64,000 nt of DNA from a virus, in IMG/VR virus record IMGVR_UViG_3300032309_001318, positions 20,540 to 84,539 of that record. One strand, 5' to 3'. Below the pieces are notes generated by a model. That model saw nothing but the letters and a program-made list of their open reading frames with translations, had not been told where the DNA came from and searched no databases. Below, one piece after another: positions 37,723 through 47,710 of this stretch. Made by a program: the position numbers and the translations under genes. How positions within the stretch are numbered: the first letter of the stretch is position 1; the number at the start of each line of letters is the position of its first letter.

Positions 37723-38068
37723 TTTCCCTTCAGGAATTGCGGTTAAAACCGATAAGGCAACTTATTGGATTAAAGACGGAAAGAGATATAAATTGATTTC
37801 GGACAGGGCTTCAAAGTCTTGGTCATTTGCTACAGCAAATGCAACAGAAGAGGCATTATCGTTAATCAAGATTGCAGGAAAACTTGGGTTTAGAGACGGC
37901 TCTTTGATAAAGAATATAGCAGATGGTAAAATATATTTAATATCACAAAATAAAAAGAGACATATTGTAGACCCAGATTCATTTACTAAATACGGCCTAG
38001 ATAGATCAAAGGTTATAGAGGTAAGCGAGTCGGAATCAAATGCTCATGATTTAGGAGAAAATTTATAA
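37670..38068 (+). CDS. Hypothetical protein (short beta-repeat, DGKIYLI/DGKRY type)
   Basis: Start moved to GTG 37670 with AGGA RBS; two similar repeats (YWIKDGKRY.LI / IYLISQNKKRHI). Confidence 0.6.
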   Translation: MKSLFKNTQTLLITSPTNFPSGIAVKTDKATYWIKDGKRYKLISDRASKSWSFATANATEEALSLIKIAGKLGFRDGSLIKNIADGKIYLISQNKKRHIVDPDSFTKYGLDRSKVIEVSESESNAHDLGENL

Positions 38069-38502
38069 TGGCAGAAACATGGAAGTCCGTAGTATTCAAT
38101 GAGGGTGCCCCACTAGATCCTAATGATTTAAATCAATTACAAACTAATTTAACAAACGTATTTAACACATCTAAGTCTTTATTAAATGCAACTAAAGATG
38201 CCTCTGGCACAAATAGAGTTGCAATTATTGACTCAAATGTAGAAACAATTCCATTAAGTGGAAAAGCAAACATAGCCTCTTCAGCATATCCAGTAACATT
38301 TAGTTCTTCATTTAATTCTGGAACCGAAATATCATTTACGGCCTCTGTAGGAGACGTACCCTTATCGGGAGCTGGAGTCATATCTGTTGCAGCCGTTGTA
38401 ACACCTGGAACTCTAAGCGGCAAGATATATGTTACAACTAGTTTAGCAAAGGCTGGTTCAGTTAAAGTGAACTGGATTGCAGCCCAATTAAAAGACATTT
38501 AA
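38068..38502 (+). CDS. Putative virion protein with a gp53/H-type-lectin-like C-terminus
   Basis: VTFSSSF...VNWIA ending; last gene before a terminator. Confidence 0.45.
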   Translation: MAETWKSVVFNEGAPLDPNDLNQLQTNLTNVFNTSKSLLNATKDASGTNRVAIIDSNVETIPLSGKANIASSAYPVTFSSSFNSGTEISFTASVGDVPLSGAGVISVAAVVTPGTLSGKIYVTTSLAKAGSVKVNWIAAQLKDI

Positions 38503-38505
38503 TAC

Positions 38506-38533
38506 TTGACGATATTTAACAATATGCTACAAT
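38506..38533 (+). promoter_or_regulatory. Promoter TTGACG-N16-TACAAT with extended TG
   Basis: At the boundary between the structural and replication modules. Confidence 0.6.
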
Positions 38534-38547
38534 TCCATGTGGTATGC

Positions 38548-38572
38548 AAAGTCACGAAACCGTGACTTTTTT
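38548..38572 (+). terminator. Intrinsic terminator hairpin
   Basis: AAAGTCACG-AAAC-CGTGACTTT followed by TTT. Confidence 0.75.
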
Positions 38573-38589
38573 AATTTAAGGAACAAAGA

Positions 38590-39405
38590 ATGTCAAATGA
38601 TTTAAAATGGATGCTTTCATCAGATCAGCAATTTCCGTACCAAGATGATAAAATGATTGATCTTTGGTTTAAAGTAATGAAATGGTTTAAGCCAGACGTT
38701 GTAGATTATCTTGGCGATACAGATGATCAGGCATGCTACAGTAAATATACTGATGGTAAACCAACAGAATTTTTAAAGGCATACAAGAACGATGATGTAA
38801 CTAATGACCTAGAGTTAATGTTAAAAGATATGAAAATTGAAGCAAGCGGTGCTAGAGAATTTTATGCTAAGACAAGGAAAATGCTTCCGAAGGCTCAACT
38901 GTTTTCTGCTCTAGGAAATCACGATATAAGAATATTTGATTACCTAGATAAAAAGATTCCAGAGTATGCAAAGCACGTAACCCCAGAAGCTTTATGGAGT
39001 TTAGATTCTTTAGGATACGATTATATATATTATGATAGTTTGCCTAAGAAACGATTTGGAGATATCCATGTTCACCACGGACTTTCAATATCAGCAACTG
39101 GAGCAGTAAGAAAAGATATGGAAGATATGCAGGTTTCATTAATTAGAGGACATTCTCATAGAATTGCTTCTCATATGGTAACCTATGAACTTAGAAATAA
39201 CGGAAAAGGCGAAACTCTTAGAGGATATGAGATTGGTCACATGTGTGACGAAAAAGGTCCAGGAATGAAGTATACTCAACATCATGATTGGCAAAAGGGA
39301 TTTGCTATAGCACATATTGAAAATGGAAAGTATCCACACGTACAAATGATACATGTATCCCCAAATTATACATGCGTAGTTGATGGAAAGACGTTTGCTT
39401 TATAA
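38590..39405 (+). CDS. Calcineurin-like metallophosphoesterase
   Basis: SDQQ, LGD..D, GNHD, HHG, GHSH motifs. Confidence 0.85.
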   Translation: MSNDLKWMLSSDQQFPYQDDKMIDLWFKVMKWFKPDVVDYLGDTDDQACYSKYTDGKPTEFLKAYKNDDVTNDLELMLKDMKIEASGAREFYAKTRKMLPKAQLFSALGNHDIRIFDYLDKKIPEYAKHVTPEALWSLDSLGYDYIYYDSLPKKRFGDIHVHHGLSISATGAVRKDMEDMQVSLIRGHSHRIASHMVTYELRNNGKGETLRGYEIGHMCDEKGPGMKYTQHHDWQKGFAIAHIENGKYPHVQMIHVSPNYTCVVDGKTFAL

Positions 39406-39590
39406 TGTGGTGTCAAAAATGTAAAGGAAGAGTTTTTGTAGATAGAGTGTTTTCTCAAAAACTTCACATAGAACTTTTTTGCATTCTTTGTGGAAAAAGA
39501 TGGATGATTAACAAAGAGACGAATAGGTTTGGTAAATGGTTAGAAAAAAAAGATCAGGCGTACGCAAAAAATTCCTCTATTTCTTCTTAA
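39405..39590 (+). CDS. Small zinc-ribbon protein
   Basis: CQKC...CILCG. Confidence 0.7.
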   Translation: MWCQKCKGRVFVDRVFSQKLHIELFCILCGKRWMINKETNRFGKWLEKKDQAYAKNSSISS

Positions 39591-40015
39591 ACGATAAATT
39601 ACATAAAGTAATTAGATTGTCTAGGGCGAAAGACGAACTAGTAGCATGGTCATACCTAGATAAAAAAAGAGTCCTGTATTCATTTTCAGATGTACAAAAG
39701 AATATGGAAACAGCATATACAATGAAACAAGCTGGACAAATATTGGGCAGGCACAAAGTTACAATTGAAGAGTATATACTTCAAGGTAAAATAAGCAGAC
39801 CTCAGAAGGTATACCCAATAAGTAATCCAAATAGCAGATGGTATAAATTTATGTTTAGTGAATCTAGTATACTTAAAATACACGAGTATATACTCGAAGC
39901 TGGATATTCTAAAAATTTACCCTCAAAGGCAGAATTGCAGGCCCTTCTCAAACACAACATGATATTGTATACTAAGACCGCTGACGGATTCGTACCAGTA
40001 TGGAAGGCGGAGTAA
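39536..40015 (+). CDS. Helix-turn-helix DNA-binding protein (MerR/Xis-like)
   Basis: YTMKQAGQILGRHKVTIEEYI..G.I. Confidence 0.65.
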   Translation: MVRKKRSGVRKKFLYFFLNDKLHKVIRLSRAKDELVAWSYLDKKRVLYSFSDVQKNMETAYTMKQAGQILGRHKVTIEEYILQGKISRPQKVYPISNPNSRWYKFMFSESSILKIHEYILEAGYSKNLPSKAELQALLKHNMILYTKTADGFVPVWKAE

Positions 40016-40125
40016 TGTCTAATAGAGTTGTTGTATGCGATATATGCAATAAAGAAATAGACTTACGCTGGGCAATATTTGCAAGTGATACTTTAAGACG
40101 ACATATTAAGGCGGAGCATAAGTAA
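40015..40125 (+). CDS. 36-aa C2H2 zinc-finger microprotein (not in ORF track)
   Basis: MSNRVVVCDICNKEIDLRWAIFASDTLRRHIKAEHK*; TAATG coupling at both ends. Confidence 0.7.
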   Translation: MSNRVVVCDICNKEIDLRWAIFASDTLRRHIKAEHK

Positions 40126-40331
40126 TGTCAGAAACAAAAGTAAAGGTGGATCTTTCATTTACTAGAAATCTTGGTAATTATGAAAGCATTAAAATTAGTA
40201 TTGGTGTAGAGGACGATGTTCGCTCTGGGGAAAATGTCGACTCAGCCACAGAAAGAGTGTATAAGTTTGTTGAAGAAAAATTAATTAAAAAAACTCAAGA
40301 AATAGAAGAAGAGCTAAACAGTGGAAAATAA
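40125..40331 (+). CDS. Phage hypothetical protein
   Basis: T.NLGNYES motif; coupled start. Confidence 0.7.
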   Translation: MSETKVKVDLSFTRNLGNYESIKISIGVEDDVRSGENVDSATERVYKFVEEKLIKKTQEIEEELNSGK

Positions 40332-40665
40332 TTTAGAAATTTTACAGGTTGATAAAAACAAGCAGCCATATGTTATGCTTTGGAAGTACGAAAAGTTGTA
40401 TGAAGAAAAATATGGCAAAAAGCCGATGTTAAATAAATATAGAGATAAGTCAGCTATGAAAGATGTAATTGAAAGTGTTGGGTTTGAAAGGGGCATGGAT
40501 CTTTTAGAATATTATTTTAAAACACCAAAGTATGGACACCCACTTATATTTTTTTTATATAATTTTGATAGAATGGACCGTGCAGAAAAAGAATTAATTA
40601 AGGATAAAAAGAATCGTAAACTTTTAAGAGAAGCAACTAAGAAGATGGTAGAGGGCGAAGAGTGA
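40321..40665 (+). CDS. Hypothetical protein upstream of the helicase
   Basis: Overlaps both neighbours; function unknown. Confidence 0.6.
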   Translation: MENNLEILQVDKNKQPYVMLWKYEKLYEEKYGKKPMLNKYRDKSAMKDVIESVGFERGMDLLEYYFKTPKYGHPLIFFLYNFDRMDRAEKELIKDKKNRKLLREATKKMVEGEE

Positions 40666-41900
40666 ATACAGAAGCAACAGTAATATCGGCGGTTTGCAAA
40701 AACAAAGACATAAGCACTTTGCTTGCAGATAACGTTGATGATTTATTTACTTCGCATAGAGATGTATGGGATGGCCTAAAGTCATACTATTATAAGTTTA
40801 AATCAGTTCCAGAAATTGGAGTATTACAAGAAAAATTTAAAGACTTCGACCCAGACATAAATGTTAAAGCCGAAACTGGATACTATTTAGATAAATTAAA
40901 AAATGAATATCTTTCTTCTAGGTTAAAGTCAATTATGTTGCAGGGCGGAGCAGCGCTTAAAGAAGATGCTGCATCTAGAGTCTTATCTGATATGCAAAGT
41001 AAACTTGCTGGGCTATCTAGATTTACAAACAACGTAAGAGATTTAGACGTAACAGACCTAGAGTCAGCAGAGCGACACTTTATGTCTGTGAAAGATAGAT
41101 CATTAGCAATGGGTGGAAGCCCAGGAATTAAAACTGGATTTCAAGCAATAGACACAGCATATCCAACTGGAATGGCACCAGGACATTTAATTGTTGCAAT
41201 TGGTTGGCCAGGAAAAGGTAAAACGTGGTTTACATCGTATCTTGCATGCAAAGCTTGGGAGCAAGGATTTAAGCCAATGATTATTTCTCTCGAGATGTCT
41301 CCAGAAAATATGCGTGATCGCATTTATACAATGTTAGGATCTGGCTTATTTAAAGCTAGCGATTTATCTAAGGGAGATATTAATATAGATGACTTCAAAT
41401 CATGGGGTCAGAAAAAGTTTGAAGGGAAAAATAGTTTTGTATTAGTTTCAAATGAGGGAGCTGGCGATGTTACACCTGCTACAATCCAGGGAAAGATTGA
41501 TCAGCACAAGCCAGATTTGGTTATCTTAGACTATCACCAACTATTTAATGATAACAAAAGAAGCAATTCTGAAGTGGAAAGAAATAGAAACGTGTCTCGT
41601 GAATTTAAGTTATTGGCTGTAACAAATAACATACCTGTCATTGATATCACAGCAGCAACCGCAGACGATATATCAGATCAAGATAATCCACCAATGATGT
41701 CTCAAGTTGCTTGGTCAAAGGCAATCGAATACGATGCAGATATGGCACTTGCCGTACACAGACACCCAGGCACAAATTTAATTGAAATTGTTTCTAGAAA
41801 AAATAGACATGGAACTGAGTTTGCCTTTCATTTAGATTGGGATATTAACAGAGGTATTATCAAAGAATTGTACGATTATGTACCAGCACAAACAAATTAA
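40662..41900 (+). CDS. dnaB: DnaB-like replicative helicase
   Basis: Walker A GWPGKGKT, SLEM, VILDY, IEYDAD, KNRHG. Confidence 0.93.
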   Translation: MNTEATVISAVCKNKDISTLLADNVDDLFTSHRDVWDGLKSYYYKFKSVPEIGVLQEKFKDFDPDINVKAETGYYLDKLKNEYLSSRLKSIMLQGGAALKEDAASRVLSDMQSKLAGLSRFTNNVRDLDVTDLESAERHFMSVKDRSLAMGGSPGIKTGFQAIDTAYPTGMAPGHLIVAIGWPGKGKTWFTSYLACKAWEQGFKPMIISLEMSPENMRDRIYTMLGSGLFKASDLSKGDINIDDFKSWGQKKFEGKNSFVLVSNEGAGDVTPATIQGKIDQHKPDLVILDYHQLFNDNKRSNSEVERNRNVSREFKLLAVTNNIPVIDITAATADDISDQDNPPMMSQVAWSKAIEYDADMALAVHRHPGTNLIEIVSRKNRHGTEFAFHLDWDINRGIIKELYDYVPAQTN

Positions 41901-42171
41901 AAGATTTAATATAGATGTAGAGTTTAAAGACGACTCAGATATAATTAGGCTCAAACATCAATATGAAAGTATGCTAACTCATAAAATGAGAGACAAGGGA
42001 TATTCAAGGGTACTTGACATAGACACCTCATTTTCGGTAGAATTTACTGGTACAACATGGAGATTCTTAATGACTCTTTATGGTATATATACAGGAAGGC
42101 GGAAAGCATGGCAATCAGAGGGAATAACACAGGGCAAGTTAGTTCCACGCAATATGCACCCAGCCATATAA
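41878..42171 (+). CDS. Phage hypothetical protein
   Basis: Between helicase and primase, overlapping both. Confidence 0.6.
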   Translation: MYQHKQIKRFNIDVEFKDDSDIIRLKHQYESMLTHKMRDKGYSRVLDIDTSFSVEFTGTTWRFLMTLYGIYTGRRKAWQSEGITQGKLVPRNMHPAI

Positions 42172-43106
42172 AATCTGTTATAAAGGAAATTGGTTTAAGG
42201 ATAATTAGCGAGTCAAATAATAATTTGGTTATATATTGCCCATTTCATAATAATACCCATAGCCCTAGTTTTTATATTAGCGAAGAAAATGGAGCATGGC
42301 TTTGTTTTAATCCGTCATGTGGAGAAACTGGAAACATAATTCAATTAGTTAAACGCATTGCAGGTAAAAATGATTTTGAAGCTATTAGATTAATTACATC
42401 AAAAGAGTCACAGGCACTAGATAATTTTGACGAAGCCCTAAGTCAGATGTTTGAAGATAAACCAGATTTTGTAGAGTTTGATCAAAAAAAACTTGACGAC
42501 TTATCTTTAGAATTAACTTTAAATAAACCCGCTAGAGATTATTTTGAGTCTCGTGGAATCAATGAACAATCTATGAATTATTTTAAATTAGGATATTCTG
42601 AGGCACAAGGCATGGTTATTGTCCCAGTTCATAGTCCAGACGGTACTCCAGTAGGACTAGTAGGCAGATCAATATCTGAAAAGAAATTTAAAAATAGCAC
42701 AAACCTTCCTAAGAATAAAACTCTATTTAATATACATAGGGCAAAAAGAATTGGTGATCAAGTTATTATTGTTGAATCTAGTTTTGATGCAATAAGAATA
42801 CATCAATCTGGATTCCCAAATGTTATTGCCACATTGGGCGGACATATATCTACAGATAATTTAAAGTTATTAAATAGATATTTTAATAAAGTAGTAATAA
42901 TGACAGACGCAGATCAGGCTGGCAGAGAATTAGGAATGTCAATTTCTAGTAAATTAAAAAATAAAGACATCTTGTGGGCTTCGCATTCTTATGGTAAGAT
43001 ATACCCTCATGATGCAAAAGATGCAGGAGACATGACTGAGGATGAAATTAAGCTTTGTATTAACAACGCTGTTTCTGATATAGAATACAAATCCTGGAGC
43101 TTGTGA
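42108..43106 (+). CDS. dnaG: DNA primase (zinc finger + TOPRIM)
   Basis: CPFH...SPSF...CF..SC zinc finger; IIVES.FDAI; MTDADQAG. Start probably ATG 42108. Confidence 0.9.
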   Translation: MAIRGNNTGQVSSTQYAPSHIKSVIKEIGLRIISESNNNLVIYCPFHNNTHSPSFYISEENGAWLCFNPSCGETGNIIQLVKRIAGKNDFEAIRLITSKESQALDNFDEALSQMFEDKPDFVEFDQKKLDDLSLELTLNKPARDYFESRGINEQSMNYFKLGYSEAQGMVIVPVHSPDGTPVGLVGRSISEKKFKNSTNLPKNKTLFNIHRAKRIGDQVIIVESSFDAIRIHQSGFPNVIATLGGHISTDNLKLLNRYFNKVVIMTDADQAGRELGMSISSKLKNKDILWASHSYGKIYPHDAKDAGDMTEDEIKLCINNAVSDIEYKSWSL

Positions 43107-43112
43107 TATAAT
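43104..43112 (+). promoter_or_regulatory. Extended -10 promoter TGaTATAAT for the SSB gene
   Basis: Followed by a small GATGG/CCATC hairpin and a GAGG RBS. Confidence 0.6.
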
Positions 43113-43161
43113 ACAGTTACAGATGGATTTATACCATCAACTATAGAAAAGAGGAAATAAA

Positions 43162-43827
43162 ATGGGTCTAGTAAAAGGACTAAAAGATTTAAATAAGGTA
43201 ATGGATAAACCGCAATCATCTGGCGGAGATAGCTCAAGAGCACGTTGGGTTAAATTGGATGACGCAGAAAGTGTTAAAATTAGATTTCTTCAGGAATTAG
43301 ATCCTGACTCTCCCCACTATAATGAAAAAAATAGTTTGGGATTTATTGCAGTAGAACACACGAACCCAAAAGACTATAAGCGTAAAGCTTTATGTACAAT
43401 TGACGATCAAGGAAAATGTTGGGGATGTGAACAACATCGTAAAGATTACAAAGCAGGATGGAAAGGCCGTTCTCGCCTATACATCAATGTTCTTGTAGAT
43501 GATGGTAAAGAAGATCCATATGTTGCCATCTTGTCTCAGGGTAGTAGCGGAAAGACTATTACTCCTACATTAATTGAATATGCTGGCGAAATGGGTAGCA
43601 TATCAAATTTAGTGTGGCGCATCAAGCGTACAGGCACAAAGACAGACACCAGTTATACATCAATCCCTCTTGCCAAAGATGAAAAACCATTTGATTCATC
43701 TGGACTGGAATTGTATGAATTGGAAAAGGTTGCAGTTCGTGACCTACCCTATACAGAGCAAGAAGCCTTCTTTAATGGTGAAGGTGGAGAAGAGCCATCA
43801 AACGCAACAGGTAGCGTAGAGTGGTAA
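43162..43827 (+). CDS. Single-stranded DNA-binding protein (gp32-like)
   Basis: W.KL...ES..IRFL, C...C.GC, R.YINVLV, I.R.G...DTSY, acidic tail ending in W. Confidence 0.75.
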   Translation: MGLVKGLKDLNKVMDKPQSSGGDSSRARWVKLDDAESVKIRFLQELDPDSPHYNEKNSLGFIAVEHTNPKDYKRKALCTIDDQGKCWGCEQHRKDYKAGWKGRSRLYINVLVDDGKEDPYVAILSQGSSGKTITPTLIEYAGEMGSISNLVWRIKRTGTKTDTSYTSIPLAKDEKPFDSSGLELYELEKVAVRDLPYTEQEAFFNGEGGEEPSNATGSVEW

Positions 43828-43839
43828 ATTAAATAGACT

Positions 43840-43872
43840 TAGGGGTGGCTATTGCCACCCCTAGTTTTATTT
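43840..43872 (+). terminator. Intrinsic terminator after SSB
   Basis: TAGGGGTGGC-TATT-GCCACCCCTA then GTTTTATTT. Confidence 0.85.
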
Positions 43873-43886
43873 AGTAAAATCCATAT

Positions 43887-44093
43887 ATGATAACTTATGA
43901 GATACCAGATCCATTTGCCACTTTTGTAAGAAATAGAAACATAAACTGTGTTGGTTCAACATATGATTATTTTTCTAAAGAGTGGAGTTTTAAATGCTCA
44001 ACATGTTCAGAAGTTATGTTTGCTCCAAGTAAAAAAACAATAATAAAAACCAGACTTTATCACACAAGAAATATTTGCTTAGGCGGTTACTAA
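43887..44093 (+). CDS. Small zinc-binding hypothetical protein
   Basis: CSTC...HTRNIC; TAAAAT 6 nt upstream (leaderless). Confidence 0.6.
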   Translation: MITYEIPDPFATFVRNRNINCVGSTYDYFSKEWSFKCSTCSEVMFAPSKKTIIKTRLYHTRNICLGGY

Positions 44094-47000
44094 TGAGTTT
44101 TACACACCTACACGTTCACAGTTATTACTCTTTAATGGATGGACTTAATTCTCCAAAAGAGCTATGCCAAGCGGCATTAGATGCTGGACAAACAGCTATT
44201 GCTATTACAGACCATGGCACACTATCATCACACCGTGAAATGCAAATTGCTGCAAAAGAATTAGGCATTAAGCCAATTCTTGGAGTAGAAGCCTACATAT
44301 CTCCAACAGATAGATTTGATAGGTCATCTAAAACAGATAAAAGTATTCAAGCCTATAATCATATTATTTTATTGGCAAAAAACCAAAATGGATTAAAGAA
44401 TATTAATAGTTTGCAAGAAATTGCATGGAACGAAGGCTTCTATCACAAGCCACGTATTGATATGGAGATTTTAAAAGAATATGCAAAAGATATTATTGTT
44501 CTTTCTGGATGTCTTAATGGACTTATTAGTAAGTGTATTGAAAAGGGAGAGTTTGAGGAAGCGAAAATTATTCTTAAAGATTTTAAGAAAACTTTTGGCG
44601 AAGATTTTTACATTGAAGTTCAATCTCATAACCCCAAAGAAATAAATGAAAACTTATTAAATCTAGCAGATGAACTAGGAATTAAACCAGTTGCAACTGG
44701 AGATGCTCATTTTGCCAAAGGCGAAGATAAAATTTTAGAAGAAGCCATGCTAATTCTATCTACCTCACCTAAGTCTGATAAAGAAGCAGATTTTGAAATG
44801 TCTAGAAACATGAATAACATGTTAGATAGATTTAATTATCTTTATCCTGACCGTAGAATTTCATTCCAAGACTATAATTTATTTATTCAATCTAGATCAG
44901 AGATTGAATCTGATTTTAATAAGGCTGGAATTAAACGAGTAGACATTTATGAGAATACCACTGAGATATCCGAAAAAATTGGAGAATACGATTTTAACAG
45001 GGGTTTAGACCTACTCCCTATCCCAAAGACCAACGCCGACCAAAAGCTGTCTGATATGGCCTTTGAAGGCCTAGAAAGGCTACGCCTGAGAGAGAACTGG
45101 CTGGGAAATGACGTATATGACCAAAGGCTTATAGAAGAGCTTGAGATTATTAAAGATAAAAATTTTGCCTCCTATTTCTTAGTTGTTGCAGATATGATTA
45201 ATTGGGCTAAAGAAAATGGTATTATGGTTGGGCCTGGACGTGGTTCTGCTGCAGGATCTTTAGTTTGTTATGCATTAGGAATTACTGATGTAGACCCAAT
45301 AGAATATGACTTATTGTTTTTCCGATTCATTAATCCAGATCGTAATGACTTCCCAGATATCGACACAGACTTTGAAGACCGTCGTCGTAAAGAGGTTAAA
45401 GATTATCTTAAGAAAAAATTTAAACACGTAGCATCAATTTCTACATATACATATTTTAAAGATAAAGGTGTTATTAGAGATGCAGCCCGTGTATTTATGG
45501 TTCCTCTACAAGACGTAAATCGTGCACTAAAATCAATTGATACTTTTGAAGACTATATGGAATCTCCAAACACTAAAGAATTTAGAATGAAGTATCCAGA
45601 AGTAACATGGCTAGCAGAAAGACTGCGTGGCAAAATTAGAAGCGTTGGTGTTCATGCTGCTGGTGTTGTTGTTGCTAAAGATGACCTTAGAAATTTTGCA
45701 CCGATAGAATCAAGGGCAGACGCACAAGATCAAGTTTCTGGACGCATACCAGTAGTTGCATACGACATGGATACGGTTGCAGATATCGGGCTAATTAAAC
45801 TAGACGCATTAGGGCTAAAAACACTTTCCGTTATTTCAGACACGATAAAAGCTATTAAAGAAAGACACAACAAGGATATAGTTTTATCAAATTTATCTAT
45901 GGACGATAAAGAAGTTTATAAGGTGCTAAGCGAAGGATATACAAAAGGAGTGTTTCAAGCTGAAGCAACTCCGTACACAAATCTATTAATTAAAATGGGT
46001 GTTGATAAATTTGAAGATCTTGCTGCTTCAAACGCCCTAGTACGGCCAGGAGCAATGAATACTGTAGGAGCCTCCTATATTAAACGAAAACATGGAGAAG
46101 AAGCGGTATCGTATGTTCATGAAATTATGAAACCTTTTACCGAGAATACATATGGTGTTATCATATATCAGGAGCAGGTCATGCAGGCCTGTGTACACTT
46201 AGGTGGTATGTCTTGGTCAGAAGCTGATAAGGTTCGCAAGATTATCGGAAAGAAAAAGGATGCAAAAGAATTCGACCAATTCAAGGATCAGTTTATTGCT
46301 GGGGCTTCAAAACACATTTCTGAGAAAAAGGCCCAGTCTTTATGGAGTGACTTTGAGGCTCATGCTGGCTACTCTTTTAATCGTAGTCATGCTGTTGCTT
46401 ATTCCATGCTTAGTTATTATACGGCTTGGCTTAAAAAGTATTACCCTCTTGAATTTATTTTTTCAATTCTTAAAAACGAAAATGATAAAGACAAAAGAAC
46501 AGAATATTTAATTGAGGCTAAAAGATTAAACCTTAAAGTATTACTGCCTCACATTAATGAATCTGAACTTTATTTTTCATTAAAAGAAAACGCAATTCAA
46601 TTTGGATTAGCTGAAGTTAAATTTATTTCAGATAGCATTGCAAATAAAATTATAGAAAGAAGGCCTTATGCCAATTATTCCGATTTCGTACAAAAAGCCT
46701 CTACGAAAGGTAGTGGGATTAACAGTAGGGCTGTATCTGCTCTTAATGCTATTGGCGGTTCTGCTTTCGAGGACAATCTCAGAGACGGTAAGGAAAAAGA
46801 AAACTACTACGAATACTTAGGAATTCCTACATTTAATTTAGAATCTATTCCACCTAGAATTAAGGCACAAGCAAAACCAATTGAAGAGTTTGATGACTTA
46901 GGATCTTTTCCCATGTTTGGTATGGTTAAAAGTATTAAAAGAGGAACTGGCTGGGCAAGAGTTGAGTTAGTAGATGAAACTGGATCTATAGGTTTATTTC

Positions 47001-47374
47001 ATAATGAGCAAACTCAAATAGAGACTGGACAAATGTATTTTATTCTTGTTGGAGATAATAGAATAGCAAGATACATTAAAATAAACGACATGGACCCGAA
47101 CGGCTCAGATTTATTTGTAGACTATTTATATAGAAAAGAATATGACATGGAAGATGACGAGCAGATAGTTATTAACTTTAGTCCATATAAAACTAAAGCT
47201 GGAAAAACAATGGCACACATCGTGATGTCCGATAAAAATAAACAATTAACTAGAGCAATTGCATTCCCAACAATGTATACAAAAGTTTTAGCAAGAATGC
47301 GTGAAGGAATGAAAAGCAAACCAGTTCTGTCAAAATTAGATGACGGTACATTAATGATAAAGGAGATAAAGTGA
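44093..47374 (+). CDS. dnaE: DNA polymerase III alpha subunit
   Basis: Start ATG 44093. PHP motif HLHVHS.YSL.DG, TDHG, GRGSAAGSLV, PDIDTDF, HAAGVV, YSFNRSHA. Confidence 0.97.
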   Translation: MSFTHLHVHSYYSLMDGLNSPKELCQAALDAGQTAIAITDHGTLSSHREMQIAAKELGIKPILGVEAYISPTDRFDRSSKTDKSIQAYNHIILLAKNQNGLKNINSLQEIAWNEGFYHKPRIDMEILKEYAKDIIVLSGCLNGLISKCIEKGEFEEAKIILKDFKKTFGEDFYIEVQSHNPKEINENLLNLADELGIKPVATGDAHFAKGEDKILEEAMLILSTSPKSDKEADFEMSRNMNNMLDRFNYLYPDRRISFQDYNLFIQSRSEIESDFNKAGIKRVDIYENTTEISEKIGEYDFNRGLDLLPIPKTNADQKLSDMAFEGLERLRLRENWLGNDVYDQRLIEELEIIKDKNFASYFLVVADMINWAKENGIMVGPGRGSAAGSLVCYALGITDVDPIEYDLLFFRFINPDRNDFPDIDTDFEDRRRKEVKDYLKKKFKHVASISTYTYFKDKGVIRDAARVFMVPLQDVNRALKSIDTFEDYMESPNTKEFRMKYPEVTWLAERLRGKIRSVGVHAAGVVVAKDDLRNFAPIESRADAQDQVSGRIPVVAYDMDTVADIGLIKLDALGLKTLSVISDTIKAIKERHNKDIVLSNLSMDDKEVYKVLSEGYTKGVFQAEATPYTNLLIKMGVDKFEDLAASNALVRPGAMNTVGASYIKRKHGEEAVSYVHEIMKPFTENTYGVIIYQEQVMQACVHLGGMSWSEADKVRKIIGKKKDAKEFDQFKDQFIAGASKHISEKKAQSLWSDFEAHAGYSFNRSHAVAYSMLSYYTAWLKKYYPLEFIFSILKNENDKDKRTEYLIEAKRLNLKVLLPHINESELYFSLKENAIQFGLAEVKFISDSIANKIIERRPYANYSDFVQKASTKGSGINSRAVSALNAIGGSAFEDNLRDGKEKENYYEYLGIPTFNLESIPPRIKAQAKPIEEFDDLGSFPMFGMVKSIKRGTGWARVELVDETGSIGLFHNEQTQIETGQMYFILVGDNRIARYIKINDMDPNGSDLFVDYLYRKEYDMEDDEQIVINFSPYKTKAGKTMAHIVMSDKNKQLTRAIAFPTMYTKVLARMREGMKSKPVLSKLDDGTLMIKEIK

Positions 47375-47610
47375 CCCAAACACCAGCAGAAGTATATAAA
47401 GCAATGAGCGCTACTAACATTCTAGTAGCTATTTTAGAATCACAAAAAAAGATATCTATTCCTATAGATGTATTTTTAAATGCGTCAAAAGGAGATAAAA
47501 ATTTAAATGTTGAGTATGACGAAGATACATCTTCATTTGTATTTGAGTTAAAGGAGAAAATTGAACAGCCAGATGATAATCAGAATGCTGATGCAGAACC
47601 AAATATCTAA
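47371..47610 (+). CDS. Hypothetical protein
   Basis: GTG start with AAGGAG RBS. Confidence 0.65.
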   Translation: MTQTPAEVYKAMSATNILVAILESQKKISIPIDVFLNASKGDKNLNVEYDEDTSSFVFELKEKIEQPDDNQNADAEPNI

Positions 47611-47679
47611 AACCCCTACTCCTATTTTAAATAAAAGGTCAAAAGACTTTAATTATAATGACACAGAGCCTGATTTTAA

Positions 47680-47688
47680 TGCTATAAT
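47680..47688 (+). promoter_or_regulatory. Extended -10 promoter TGcTATAAT upstream of recA
   Basis: Same motif as the other intergenic promoters. Confidence 0.55.
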
Positions 47689-47710
47689 GGGCATATAGAG
47701 AAAGAAAACA

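Noticed and set aside
44093-47374. Inteins or introns in DnaE (also checked DnaB, RecA and TerL)
   Set aside because: Lengths and motif spacing are normal; no Hint motifs seen.
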